DNA of 64,000 nt, taken from positions 4,568,716 to 4,632,715 of the forward strand of contig MU058337.1 of assembly GCA_013265495.1 (NCBI GenBank), given 5' to 3'. Position 1 is the first letter of the stretch. Every line of letters begins with the position of its first letter. The notes below the pieces were generated by a model. The model made no database searches, had not been told where the DNA came from, and was given only the letters and a program-made list of their open reading frames with translations. Source of the stretch: Vicugna vicugna. Its lineage: Eukaryota. The translations under genes and the position numbers were made by a program. This document shows, in pieces, positions 38,101-52,010 of the stretch.

Positions 38101-40754
38101 AAATGGAAAATCAGGTGAGCCCCAGTGGTTGCTAGGCAGAGGGTGGTGATGAAGCCAGTGTGATGAGTGGAGAGGAGGAAGGGAGGTTTGTCAAGAGCAC
38201 ATGGGGTTTGGGGGTTCTCCTATTCCTGCACATGATGGTGTCGAGACTTGGAGAGAGTAAGTTTCACTGAAGTATCGGGGTGTCTGGAATGCTCTCTAAT
38301 TCCTAGAACACGAGCAGTGTTAGGGCACATGCTTATTTTATACTAGATACTTATGCTAAGGAACACATTTTCTTCATTTGTGAGGATACTCAGCTGTGGA
38401 ACTACAGGTCCCCCCGCCTCCCTTAGCCATCTCTGTATGCCACAGCTCCTCCATAGTGATCATGCCATCCGGCCAGTCGAAGCATCTACAACGCACCAGG
38501 CACTGCACTTGTGCTTTCAGTGAGGGAGTAGGTGGGAGGTCCATGGATGGATAGAGTCCTTCCTTTGAGGAGTTTATGGTCCAGAGGGCAGACAAGTATA
38601 CTGACAAATAACTAGAGAAAACTGTCATATATATGGGGAGATAGAGGAGATAGGGACATGTTTAGACGTCAGTTTTTTCCTAAAAACATGGAAGACAGAA
38701 CATCCTTGCTAAAGGAGAAATTTCACCCATTTTTATCAGATATTAACAGAATTTTACAGCCACCTGCAAAAAATTTGATTTCTGGGAAGTTATATAGTAC
38801 TTAGCATGATGTTTATATATAATATGTACTCGGATATTTGTGATCAATAAATGAATGGATGGATGGATAAATAATAAATACACTTATGAAGGGCTTCAAC
38901 CTACAAGATGATTAACTTGAATTAGTTGTAAACGTTTCTTGCTTATGTTAAAATTCCGGTACAAAATGAAACACTTGGACTTCGTTGCCTTTAACTGCAG
39001 AAGGGAGGATGGAGGAGAGAACATTTGTGCTGTGATTTGAGATAATAGGGAGGAGACTCATGAAATTTAGTCCTCTTCAGTGTTTTTTGTTTTTTTGTTT
39101 TTTGTTTCCCCACATGGTGGGGAAGAGGAGTCCTCTGGGCTCTAGATTCTTACGTCACATTCTAGTATTTGTTCTAAGTCTTTTTGTTGATCCATCCAAT
39201 TCCCTTAATGCTGCCTTTTGCCTATGAAGGTTTTTTTTTGGAAATGAGTCCATTCTTGATCTCTTTTATCAGATAAAAGAGATTTACAGAAGTGATTTGG
39301 CCACCTGGACATATTTATTTGAATTAAGACAATTATCTGGAGTTGTAGGCATCTTCTTGTAATTTAATGGCTACCCTGCTCTGCATCGTAGGTTGACTCA
39401 AGCACTTATGAGATAACTGTAATTACTAGTGTTGGTTTTAAGTGCTTTTATGTTGTTCTGTGCTAGCTCCCCCTTCTCTTCTCCTCTCAAGTTGTCTGAA
39501 CCTTTGGATCCTAACAGATGTGTCATGAGGCAGCCAAACGATGGATTGTATGTCTGATTTTTTAAAACAATTAATGTTACTGAGAGCAAAGAAATAGGTA
39601 CTGAAACAGTTCATGCAATTTTGGAGCCCGGGGAGCCGTTCCTCGGTGGCATGCGACTCCCTGACATCCTTCACCTTTCTTTTGATGATGACACCTGGAA
39701 ATATGAGCACAGTTGCTGGAAACTATCCACTTAGCTTTTTTTCAATTGGAAGTTTTTGGATTTTTGCTGGGTTTATCCTATACTAGATTGAACTACTATC
39801 CTGGTTTAACACGTGAGCTGAACAGAACCTTCCCCTTAAGTCTGCCTTCTGTGGCGGAATCATTGGGATTGTTATCTTAACTTTGTGTTCTATTCATATT
39901 CTGTAGTTTACCTATTTTGGTCTTTTATGGACCTGCATTTTCAGTCACGATCTCCAGGACACTGAAACATTCATTTCCTGACACGCATTTTTGGGGTCTT
40001 TTTCTCCTTTTCCTTTTTTGTGTATTTTAAAACATAAGACTTAAGTAGCATATCAGATTTTAAAATGCTTTGTAATCATTTTAAGCTGTTTTTGTGTGTT
40101 CCTGTTCCTCCTGTAACCCCAGCCTGTCTCATAACCGACATGAGAATAGACAAGCACTTCTTTCTCCTGTCAGTGATGAGGAAATGGTGCTAAATATGCT
40201 ATTCACTATTTACTAGTCATTATTTTGTCCCAAGAAAATAATTCACAAGGCTAAGGAAATCATAAGAAGGGGTCAACATTCTTCCTTTTGGTTTTGACTC
40301 ATTTAAGTTGAACTTAGACTGTGGAACAGTTCTCCACTGAGTTTGGACTGATTATACAAATAGTTTTATTTGGCATTCTGCAGTTTGGGGCTTTCGCATA
40401 TTAAAAGACATTTTTGAAAAAAAATTTGGCTGCCATATTTTCAGTGGAGAGATTTCTTTTCTGCGGTTATTTGCATTTGACGTTTTGATGAGGGTTCTTG
40501 GGCTTTGGGGCTTATTCTTTACATTTTGCATTTAGTTTTTATTTGAGATTATGATTTAAAACTTGAATTAAACAATATCAGAATAATTGTGATTCACCTC
40601 ACATTTCAATCCCCTAAATAACAGCAACTATAAGTTTTCACTTTCTCTCAAGAATGCCCAACCAGGTGCACAGGGATGATGTGTTTGTTTTGTTTTGCTT
40701 TTAAGCGTCACCTGTGTCCACTGAAGCACGTGTGAAAAAAAAATTGGCATTTTA

Positions 40755-41280
40755 AATTGATTGAACAGACACTTCGTTTATACCAGGTACTGTTTATACA
40801 CACTCAGGGTGCATCAATGAACAGATGGATAAAAACAAAAAAATTTGCGTCTTCGCTGAACTTATTTTCTATTTATAATAGGTGGGGGCAGGGATAGACA
40901 AACTAAAAAGCAAACGTGGAGCTGCGTGTAGTATGTGGTGTGACAGAGAATGGTAGTGTTATGAAAAACATAAAGCAGGGTAGGTAGGATTAAGAATGCT
41001 GGGGTGAGGGTAAGATTGCACATTTAAATTTTAAATAGTGAGGTTAGTGTAGGTCTTTTCAAGGAATTGAGGGCATTAACCATAATGCTATCTGGAAAAT
41101 AGAGTTCCTGGCAGAGGGAACAGACTGAGGGTGTCTGTTGCACGTTGAAATAATACGAGGGTGGCCAGAATGGCTGGGTGATGTGAACAAGAGGGGATGT
41201 GAGGGGGACAAGATGGGAAAGGAAATGCTCATCACAGGGAGTGGTCTGTCTGTGGATGGCCAGAAGTGGTTTTGTAAGGA
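40755..41280 (-). mobile_element. L2a/b 3' fragment
   Basis: ataccaggtactgttt..cagggtgcatcaatgaacag..gaacttattttcta...gctatctggaaaatagagttcctggcagagggaacag. Confidence 0.8.
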
Positions 41281-41575
41281 CTGTTGATATTCTTTCTTGT
41301 CAATAACAAGAGATAATTTCATAGTAATATTTTTCCTAAGAGTTTTTTTTCTTTTGTTGATAACCTGGATCTGATTGGATACTCTCTGCTTCTTTCCAAA
41401 ATTCTTTGTAAAAAAATAATTACAGGTATGGTTAAAAACCGGTATAATCTTATCATCTTTCTCTTGGCATCCTTTACTCCTTATTTCTGTAGGTGATATG
41501 TGAGAGCTGTTTGTGGAAGTCTGGCCCCATCTCTTTAGGTTCCTTCTATTTCCTTTGAGCATTTTCTCTTTGCTG
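41281..41575 (-). mobile_element. Old L1/HAL1 ORF1 relic
   Basis: ORF 41059-41562 includes QRVSNQIQVINKRKKTLRKNITMKLSLVIDKKEYQQS, which resembles L1 ORF1p 'ERAHRVP..INKKRPTPRHIIVKFQNTKDKEKIL'. Confidence 0.55.
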
Positions 41576-41884
41576 TACTATGACTTCAAAAATACCTTCC
41601 TTTAAAAAAAAATAAGTCTTATGACTGTGCTCTGTGTGCTTATAATATAGAATTGAGAGTCACAGTAAAGTTAAAAAAAATTCACCTTTAACATTTATAA
41701 AATTATCAACAGAAATACAACACATATTAATTAATGGTTAGCAGAAAATATGTTAGAATGAAAAAAAAGGTGGATTTTAATGGATTATTTAAATGTGTTA
41801 GTATTTGTAATGTGCTCAGAACACAGTTTCTCATATAAAAGTGTAATGTTTTTCTTTCATAAAGGGAAAAAAGAACTGTAAATG

Positions 41885-42015
41885 GGCAAGAAACTTCACT
41901 TCGTTTAGCCTCAGTTTCCTCACAAGTAAAACAGGGTTCGTAACTGTTTCACCCAGTTGGTTTGAAGATCAGAGATAAAGCTCGTAAGTGCCTCATGTGG
42001 TGTCTGGCCCCAGTG
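41885..42015 (+). mobile_element. MIR
   Basis: gggcaagaaacttcacttcgtttagcctcagtttcctcacaagtaaaacaggg...gaagatcagagataa..gtgtctggc. Confidence 0.75.
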
Positions 42016-45000
42016 GTAGTAAAACCCTGCTAGCTGACATTCGCTGAGGGCCTGTTCCAGTCAGTGTGTAAAGGCTTTGCACTCAGGGTCCGATCTTACC
42101 CGCACAAGGACCACTGGCATGAAGGCTCCAGAAGGGAAGAAATCTCATCCGTAGGGTTCAGTGTTGTAAATGGCGGAGGCACTTTGAACCTGGGCACAGC
42201 CCAAGCTCTGAATCATGACAGCAGCAGGCTGTAGAAGTGTGTATGGGGGGCAACAGAGAGAGGGGTCTCCCCCCATTCCTTTAAGTCCGCAGCACCTCCT
42301 TCCCACTTTTATCTCAGAATGAGGTAACGTAGTATTAGGCACCCTGAGTTTAACAGCTCTGATTATTGTTCTTGGGTGTAAAAACATTCTCATGTGTCTC
42401 TATCATACCTTTCCTTTCCCCGTTAACACCAGCCAAGGGTAAATATGGTGGTGCCTCCAGACACGTGCACGTGCTCACATACAACACACACGCAGAACAT
42501 ACACACACGGCTGCACACGGCATCCTTTGAGGAGTTCTGGGCTGCATAAGTCTCTTAAGATCCCTTAAGCAGTAGTTTAGTCTCAGTGACATAATCTCCG
42601 ATCTGGACTAAATTTAGTTCCTTTATTTGGGTATAACAAATTGGAGAGCAGCAAAGGAGACTCAGAACCTGAATTTAAATCCCCCCTCGGTAAGACATTT
42701 TATTGCTACTAGGAAGTTAATTTTATCCCAATCTGTTTTTTTTTTCCTACAGATTGATAGGATATTGGTTATTGTAGGTCACATTATCTTTTTATGTTCT
42801 CAAAGGTTAAAAAAAAATCGAGGGAAGTGTGGTAAGACCTTACTGCTTATATTCACAAAGGAGTCAGTGAATTTTTTTTAAAGAAAACATTTTTGCTAAA
42901 TTTAATCTGGATTATTATACAAATAATATGATTTCAGTTTGACTCTGAGATAAGGTTTTGTCCTTATCCATGTCATATCAATACCTTTGGAATATCAGCT
43001 TTTTATGTATTTTTTGTTAGATAACGCATAAGAAAATGATGAATCAGACTCCTTAAAGGCACTCAATTAGCTTACTTCATCAATTATAAAGACAGGAAAC
43101 AAAATGAGAATAAGCAGGTTAATGAACTATAGAAAACATGGTCTCATAAATCCACAACTCCATGTGATCCTGCCTACATTTGACGACTCAGAATTCCAGA
43201 TATTCTTGGGGAAGTCTGTGACTAATGCAGCTTAGGAGGTCTCAAACTGACAGGTAGCAGTTTTTCTCAATATTTCTTATATACTGGAATGTGTCAAATG
43301 CTGATGCAGTATTAACAATAATTTATAAATTGACATTGCAGCAACTTTTTTAACCTTACATTTGGGCAGAAAAAGGAGAAAAAATCACTGGAGTCAATGC
43401 TAACCAAATTTATGTTATAGGCAGAAACCACAGGCCTTCTGTTCACCTTTGTGCTATTTGCCGGTTTAAGAAATGCTGGCAGAGGAATCAATTTGTAATA
43501 AGCACAAGGACTGAAGAGGTCGAAACAGAACGTTTCTCTAGTTTTTATCTTGTTATGTTTTTAGAATCACATGGTGAATTTTCTTTCCTTTTTTTTTTCT
43601 TTCTTTCTTTTTTTTTTAGTTCATAGATAAACTGGGAACAGGTAGAGAGAGGTTGGACAGAAAGGAAACAGATGTATATTTATTTCTTAAACAGTATGCG
43701 AGGATTAGAACACATGTTAGGTTGTCAGTTTTAGGCATGGTTTATACACATTTTAGGATGAAACAACAAACATATTAATCTTCTGAGATTATAAAAATTC
43801 CATGTGGGCTTCTGTTTTATGCTATTTTGCAAAGTTAATTATGATAATTTTCCCTAAAGGAAATCTGTAAAGGGCAGGGAAGGAGAGGTTGAACCAAACT
43901 TTTATTTATAAATATGAGAAAACTTAACATTTTTGGCAAAATTTTAGATAATATTTTTAAGAGTATGTGCATCTTCCAGTGACTGAAGTGCATCTCTTCC
44001 AGTGCATTTCTAGTTACTGAAGTCCTCCATCTTCATGAACGCCCATGACTCACCATCATTAAATCACGGCAGTTGTGGGATCCCTGAGGTGGCAGGGATG
44101 CATTATGTATGGCACTGTGACGGACAGGCCTGATGGGTCTTCCCCATTTGTAATAAATGTGTTCCTGTTCTCCATGCCAGGGTGTATTTTATTATTTCCT
44201 CCATTACCGTGGTGAGGCCTCAATCTTGGTGGTAAAACTTGTTTCAGGAAATCGCAATTTAAAGTTGCTAAGCTGCCTATATTAAGCCACTGAGTTAACT
44301 GCTCAAGGAGTTCATGGCAATACCCTGTGCATCTCGGCATGACATTTAGAAAGCAGTATGTAGGTGTGTTTAGAAAAGTAATGCTTAAGCTCTTCCTGGA
44401 AGGCGTATCTCCAGCCCATTAGCTTTTCATGGCAGTGACTGCCGGAAGGGAAAGTGCTTGGTGAGCAGCCGGGTGGTCTAGTGTTGTGTGCCCCTTGGAT
44501 CCTGCCGCTCCCGGGCTCAGTCTAACCCTGGCTGGATTAGACCACTCTGGCTTGCGGCTGCCTTAGGAAATTTGGTCTGTTCCTGGTGTAGCTTGGGTTG
44601 AAAAAATTTTTAGAAATTAAGAAGTCATCTTTGGGTTTGAAGACAATTAAAAGGTAAGGTAGGGAGGGGGTGTAAATTAATCCAAATCAATTAATAAGGA
44701 CAAACTATGGTTTATTATTAGATAAAGAATCAAAAACTACTGGAATGCTATTGGTTATGAACCAGATGTGGAGTCTAATTTTGCTGTATTTAGTATGCCC
44801 TGCCCAAATCTAGAAAACACATTGACTGAAATTAGTGAAATATAAGCACTCTTTGGCCATAGTCCAAATGTTCAGTTACTTTTACTTACAATAAACACAT
44901 ATGTACACTTTAAAACATAAAGTATAGAGAAGTCTAATAAAAAGAAATTATCAAAATTTTCCATTAACTAGCACTTCAACATTTACTAGTAAATGAAAAT

Positions 45001-45984
45001 ATGTGATTATAATGACTCTGGGAAGTATTATATTTCAAATTCATTTAAAAATTATATTCTGTCTAGTTACATTGCTAAATACAGTGTTTAATATTTGATT
45101 ACTTAAAAATTGGTAATTGTTATATGGTAAATCCAGGTTAACCAAAATACCATGTCATCCATACAATAGAAATTATCTATACAGTAGAAATGAAAATAGT
45201 CCATACATTTGAATTTCTAGTTGTATATATATGTATACACACACATATATGTATTTAGTTACTTTATTGATGAACAAAATGCAATTCATAGGAATGAAGG
45301 AGTTTTTTTCAAGATTGTATAGCAGTTTGGCAGCCAAGAAGAGATTGCACTCTGGCCTTGTAACTTGCAGATTGGTGCCCATTTCTCTATAGAATGTCAG
45401 GCAGAAATCAGAACATCTAACACTTTTGAACAGTGTGAAGATTTTCTGTGTTTGAACTTTACCAGCTACCCAGGTTATGAATTGAGCCTGTATTAGAGAA
45501 AGGCTATTCAGAGTATAGCCATACTGGTTCCACAGGGAGTCTCTTTTATGTGGAGGTGGCCGAGAATTTAGTGAAAGGAGCAAAGAGAAATGAGGTCTCA
45601 CTCCCTAACAGGCTCGTAATAAACATGCACCATGGTTTCATCATATCTTGCGTTGCTGTCTTCCAGACTTCAGACCAGATTTCAAAGGGACATGGTTATG
45701 CAGGTGTGGGGCACATGGGTGTGTAGATAGATGCTAGTCAGTGTATCGGCTTGTGCTCCCAGAACTTGTCCTTGGAGGTCCCCTTTCAAAGAGCACATGC
45801 TCCAAGTAGGGCACCTCCTTGACTCCAGCCTTTTATTACGAACCAGTAAACCTGATCCCTTTTCACTCAGATTGCATGAGAGAATTAGTCTCTAGAAAAG
45901 AGAGGATGGATATGAAAAGGGCCAGTCATGTCTCCTTCTGGATCACAAGGTCAGGTGTAACTTACACCATATATTCTTTTCTTT

Positions 45985-46200
45985 AATGTTATCTTTTTAT
46001 TTTTTAAATCTTTTAATTGAGGTATAATTGATTTACAATACTGTGTTAGGTTCAAGTGTACAGTAAAGTGATTTGGCTATACATATATAAAGGTATATAT
46101 CTATATTCTCCTATTCTTTTCCATTATAGTTTATTACAAGATGTTGAATATAGTTCCTTGTGCTATTCAGTAAATCAGTGTCGTTTATCTATTTTATATA
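45985..46200 (-). mobile_element. Short L1 3'-terminal fragment (cetartiodactyl L1_Art-like)
   Basis: ttaattgaggtataattgatttacaatactgtgttaggttcaagtgtacagtaaagtgatt...ttccattatagtttattacaagatgttgaatatagttccttgtgctat. Possible decayed TSD caccatatattcttttcttt / caccacatgtttcttatcttt. Confidence 0.88.
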
Positions 46201-47644
46201 TTCACCACATGTTTCTTATCTTTGCTGACCTGTGAGACTCATGAGTGTTGTTTTACTTTTTATAGTTTATAAGATGCTTTCACACAGTGTCTTTCATTTC
46301 GTGATCACAGTAGTAGAAACCATGATTTTCATTTTTTACCAGTGCCAAGACTGGGATTCAAACATAGGACTCCTGATTCACTCCCAAACTATGATTCTTT
46401 GCAATACTTACAGCTGCTTTCAGAGGACACACACAGAGGCACATGCACACATTTTGAATATGGAAACCATTTGAATATGGAAACCATACAGGTGTGTACC
46501 TGTCCACGATACATTTTTGTATGTACTCTCAGAGAAAACACCTACAGTATGCTTCATAAACTTGCAAGCTAGAGCTCCATGGCAATTTGGGGATGTCAGC
46601 AAAGTAGCTTTCATCATGCTCACTCTCTCTATACACACACACACACACAGTGCTTAGCACATGTATACTTATATCTATATATTAATCACAGTCCTATGTC
46701 TATCCTAATGTCTCTCATTTAAATGCACGTGGCCATCAGCATAGTCCCATGGCGCTAACTGTTCAGAGTTGATGGGAGGACACAGACTTGCATGCATGGA
46801 AAGCTCCAATAGATCCAGAAGGACTTTCCTGACATTGCTCCCATTTAAGTAGCACGTGCACATGTCACAGCTGATCAGCTGGTAGCAGTGACACCAAGTT
46901 CTCTTCCCTCACTTCATGACAGCCACAATCTCGGGGGAGCCCTCAGCACAGAACAGCCACACTGTGTAATTTCTGCATTGTGCTGGGGAGAAAGTCCCAC
47001 AGAGACTGAGTGACATCATCAAGGCTCCTGAGGCAGGAGGCTGGGCACTTCCAGGACCATGTTCCCGGTTTTCTCTTTGTATTCAGAGCCTGAGTGGTCC
47101 TGAATGGTCCTGAGTGGTCCTGAGTGAGGTGACCGATGCTGTCTGAGCACCCGAGCGGAGCAGGAGGCATGCTCCTTCGGTCCACGCATGCGATTTCCCA
47201 CCTTTGCCAGCTATGATTAGACATGTAATTGTGCATCTAAATTTAGTCTACCATTTGCATATGTAATTAATTATAATATACTTAGTTCTCTCTGGTCTCC
47301 TTTTCCTGTAAATCGAATTACTCAGAGACTCTCATCTGACACTAAACTCTTTTTTATAAGTACATATGACATTTTGAAGGATAAGATTAACTGCTATTTA
47401 TAGCACTCTAACTTCAAATTCAGAGCCTTCTGCTGTGATCAGAAAGCTTAGAGTGTCTCACTTTCTCAGGAAACAGCCTCAGAAACTTTTTCACAGTTGC
47501 AGCTTTTCTCTTCAGTAGTATTCAGTATTCATATGATCATGAAAACCACATTACTGCAAACCAGATACATCTTCATCACCCCAGAGCAGGTGAATAATCC
47601 TTGCTGAGTGAGTCCTTGCACTCAACAAGGATTGTGCCTTCATA

Positions 47645-47740
47645 TGTTCATTTGTTTAGCACACGAGTACTGAATACCAACCTGCTGTGGCCACGCCTTG
47701 TCTCCGGTGGTCCACAGGTGGTGGTAAATACAATCCCTGG
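47645..47740 (-). mobile_element. L2 3'-terminal fragment
   Basis: tgttcatttgtttagcacacgagtactgaataccaacctgctgtggcca...ggtggtaaatacaatccctg. Confidence 0.55.
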
Positions 47741-48185
47741 TGTTATGGGTAGAATCCTATTCCCCCAAGTCCGTATGTTGACATTTAAGCCTTCAGTAGC
47801 CCAGAGTGTGAAATTCTGTGGAAACAGGGTCACTGCAGCTGTAATTAGTTAAGATGAGATCATACTGCAGTAGGGTGGGCTCTAAATCCGACATGACTGG
47901 TGTTCTTATTATACAAAGGGGACTTCTGGACAAGACATACACACAGGCAGGATGCCACGTGGAGATGAAGGCTGAGATCTGGGCAATGCTTCTTCAAGCC
48001 AAGGAAAGCCAAAGGTGGCCAGCAAATCACCAGAAGCTAGGAGAGACATGGAACAGATTTTCCCTCCCACCCACAGAACAAACCAACCCTGCTGACACCT
48101 TGATCTTGGACTTCTGGCCTCCAGAACTGTGACTACATTTCCAGTGGATGGTACTTTGTTTTGGCAGCCCAAGTAGACTAACACA
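47741..48185 (+). mobile_element. ERVL-MaLR solo LTR, MLT1C/MLT1B-like
   Basis: tgttatgggtagaat...gtaattagttaagatgagatcatactg..gtgggctctaaatcc..caagccaaggaa..ccagaagctagg..accaaccctgctgacaccttgatcttggacttctggcctccagaactgtga...ctaacaca. Confidence 0.93.
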
Positions 48186-51100
48186 GCTACGTAACCACTT
48201 TGGGTTGTGTCCCACTCTTTAAGCCTCAAGGTTGACAATCAGGACCCTCTGTTGCTGTCAGCTTACACAGCGTCCAGGGAGCTCCTTCTGTGGATAGAGT
48301 CCAAACCGAATCCTGGCTCCTTCTAGTGGTTTAAAGAATGTCCTGTAGGACTGCTGCTGTGTTTATCCTCTCAGTCCTCAAGGTGATTGGGAGGAGCACA
48401 GGATTGCCGGAGCCTCCAGCCTCGTCCATTCACTGTGAATGTCGAATGCTATTATCAATTTTTGTATGTGGCATGATGGTAAAATAATGGATAAACTCTA
48501 GTCTAAGCAACCAAAAATGGAAAATAAAGTATGATTGGGGTCAGTTTTGATTTTCAAGAATCCAGAGCAGAGGCCAGTGCCCATCATGGCATTAGATTTT
48601 CACATTGCAGGGGTTTATGATCTTGCAATTTTTGTAGGAGGCTAAATTGGAGCAGGGGAGGGTTTATCTGAACTGAGAAAAGATACTGTAAATAGGGTGA
48701 TTTACTGGAAGGAACTAAGTAAGGTTTTCCACTTGCTCAAACTGGAATTTGGAGTCTAGATGCCACCCAGGTGGAGGGTGTTCTGTAATATTATGGCTGA
48801 AAAACAAGGTGTCAACTTTAGAAGAGAGCTACTTCATGCAATCTGTAAATATATTTTGTTTAAGTTTTCCTTAGAGTTCCTGTAGGTTTTATGTGTTGAG
48901 TTTCATGGTGAACGTGCACAACACATGGCATTCTCTTTTGAATGTTCAGTCCTTGATGTGCTTGTGGAAGTCTCTCTTCTTTTGCAGTAAAGAAAACCTA
49001 TTGGACATGCAGGTGACAGTAATGATGTTGGAGAGCTAATTTTGAATCTGCTTTAACTTATTAAGAATACATTCTTTTCAAATTTTAATATTTTATTACT
49101 ATTGGCAGCATTGCTTTTGACAGACTCACAACTGACTTTTAATATCATAGCATGCCATGACAACTTGGTTGAGTACCATGGCTGAAGAGTAGGGATTTAA
49201 GATTTAAGAATGTTAAAATATTCTCCAGGCACAAAGCTCAGCCTTCTGTCAATTTCTGGTGTGTTGCACCCTCCTGGATTTAATATGCGACTTTATGGTG
49301 TCTTCTCGGTTAGACTATAGTGTCCCGGCAGGTCATACTTCCCCTGATTTAGATTGCACTGGCCAAATGCTTTATTCTTCCCTGAACAATGTAGCTATGG
49401 GATTGCACAGTACTTACCATGCATCAAAGTAGTTATGTCCTAGTTTCTGCTCTTTCACAGTACTGGTATACTCATGAAAGAGTGTAATGTAATATACAAC
49501 AGTTTTTTTTAATATCCTGGGATATTGTAAAAGGGAGTAATTGGCTAGAAATGTAAGAAGAGGGAATTAAGGCTTTAGTAAATCTGTGTTAGGCTCACTG
49601 CCTTGCTGTGTTTGAGATCTTACCTAGTTTATTTCAGGCCTAAATTTCTCCCTAAGGTATGCAGGACTCAAGTTAATATAGTTTAGAGGCATGATATTTG
49701 GGGCAGAAATTTCCAACTCTGGTTTTGTGATATAATAGGGGATCCTCGGTTATTTCAAGGGGGATTGTAAAATATCTCAAAAGAAAATGCATTTCAGTTT
49801 TACTTTAATTTAATAAACTAATACATGCCTTTGAGTCCCATTCCCTGAAGCTGTGGGGCTGAACGTGGACTGTGCTGAGAACCTGGCATTTCAAGAAGAA
49901 AGGTTCACAGTGGCAGCCCTCAGGGAGCTTAGTCAAGTAAAACAGACCTGCAAAGAATGCAGTGAAATATTACAGGTACTGCTTACAGGAGAGGGTCATG
50001 GAAGTGGTAGTCTTTGAACTAGACTTCAGAGGCTAGTGCTAGTCGCCTCTGCTCAATCAGGATGCAGGCTGGGAGGCACTTAGGAAGCGGTCTCTTATGT
50101 CCACGTAAAGGTGACTGTTAGAGCAATGTGTGTTTGTTTCTGAAAAGATAATGAAATTTTGTAAAAAGGGGGAATAGCAGGTTTTATGGTATTTTCTCTT
50201 TACCACTGATTTCTTTGACCTATTTATTTGGGAAGGTACATGTGTGTATGTATATGTGTGTTTGTATGTATATGCATATATGTATATTGTTTGGATACTA
50301 TGTATTATATTAATATATACATATATATGAATAATTTTGAAGCTAAAGCTGATAGAAATGAAATCAATAAAACATTATACCTGCTCCCTTGTCCACAAAC
50401 TCTCCTGGCAGGTGTGACCAGGTGCTTGGTTTGAGGCCTAGTGGGAAATGCCTAGCAGTCAATACACGAGACAGTTTTTCTCTAAGAGTATAATAAACTT
50501 TCAGAATAAAAACAGCAACTCTGTTGTCTAAAAATTTTTGAAATAGTGGCTGGCATTTATTTACTTGCTTGTCCACCCACCTTTTTATTCACCCAGTATT
50601 TCTCGAGTGCTTACTCTGAATAATTGCTTTGTGAGTTACTGTGATGATAACATGAGGCTGCCAGCTCTCACAGGGCAGGGATGATTTCTTGTTAATTGTT
50701 GGATCTGTGTACTTAGTATCACATCTGGAAAGGGTACTGTGTCTGGAAAACATTCAAGATATATTTGGTTGGTGGAAGTGACCTGTACTGTGAAGACAAT
50801 ATGGACACAGCTCCTTCACTTCCGGAAGTGGGCTTGGCAAACTGAGGACATACTTGTAAGGAACTAGTAAGTGGTCAGTAGAGGATCAGTGCTGCCTGAT
50901 TTTGCATATACTAGATGTTTCAGAAAATCTGCAGGAAGAAGCATGGTTCCACTTGAGTAAAACCTGGCGGTACAAAAATGGAGATGCTGGTAACTTTATT
51001 GATAATTTCACTTTGTAGGATCACCATGTCAGGGAGACCACAGATTTTCTCTTGTACAAGCAGCAGAAAGAAATTTCACTGTCTTTTCCCAATGGACTTT

Positions 51101-51639
51101 TCAGGTTATGAGCCATTTCCCTTCAATATATAATGCTTCATGAGCATGGCACAAGGAGCCTTTGATTAAATGAGTAAACATCTTGGTATTTGTGTTTTTC
51201 TACCTCAGTCTGGCAGAGCTGTTACCTGATTTTCTGCATTTCCTCTGAGTGACGGTGGAAACCAGGTTTGGTGATTTTGAAGTAAAGAATTGCTATCCAA
51301 TAAGTCCTTGTTGTTTAATTATTGACTTTTAAGCTTATTCTATTTCTCTGTCTTGAACAGCCATGTGTTATTTTGTGGAGGGATTTGGGAAGGATTTGGG
51401 CTATATTGTCACTATTCCACTTGGACTACTGAAATCATAAGGATTGATGACTAGAGATGATTTTCCATAGAATTTAATCTGAAAGGTTTTAGTGACTATA
51501 TCCTTTAATTAAAAGAAAAAATATATTTCCCTTTGGGTTGAAGATGGAAATACACCTTTTAAATGTCATTATGTTCCTAATCTAAAAATAAATTAAAGCC
51601 AAGAAATCAAAGTGTTTTGACTCCTCCTCCCACTTACAT

Positions 51640-52010
51640 TTCTGAGAGAACTCCCAAATAATCTTGTTTGGACCACTACAGTTTCCACACTAAACTTCTC
51701 ATCATTTCCTGTAGAATCTAGGCTTTATCCTAAATGCTTTCACCTGTGAGTGGAATGCCCTTCCCCCAGCTCTGATGATAGACTATCACTCATCTTTCAA
51801 GACTAAACTCAAATGTTATCTTCTAGGTCTCAGTTTTTGAGTTCTACAATTCTATTGTAGTTTATAAAGAGACCAAGCACATACTTGTAGTTTATCCACT
51901 GACCTTCACTGCCTGTGAGTTCAGGTTCAAGACTGTGTGACTTGAACCTTCAAGCCATAGTTCTGTGTTTACAGTCGAGGTTTAATACACTGTTAAACGT
52001 CCTGTTGGCT
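51640..52010 (+). mobile_element. L2 3' fragment
   Basis: tggaatgcccttcccccag..actcatctttcaagactaaactcaaatgttatcttct. Confidence 0.6.

Noticed and set aside
51020..51133. Acceptor followed by a Kozak-like CACCATG (MSGRPQ..., superficially like the GSK3B N-terminus)
   Set aside because: The similarity ends after five residues, the frame stops after 35 codons, and the donor is weak.
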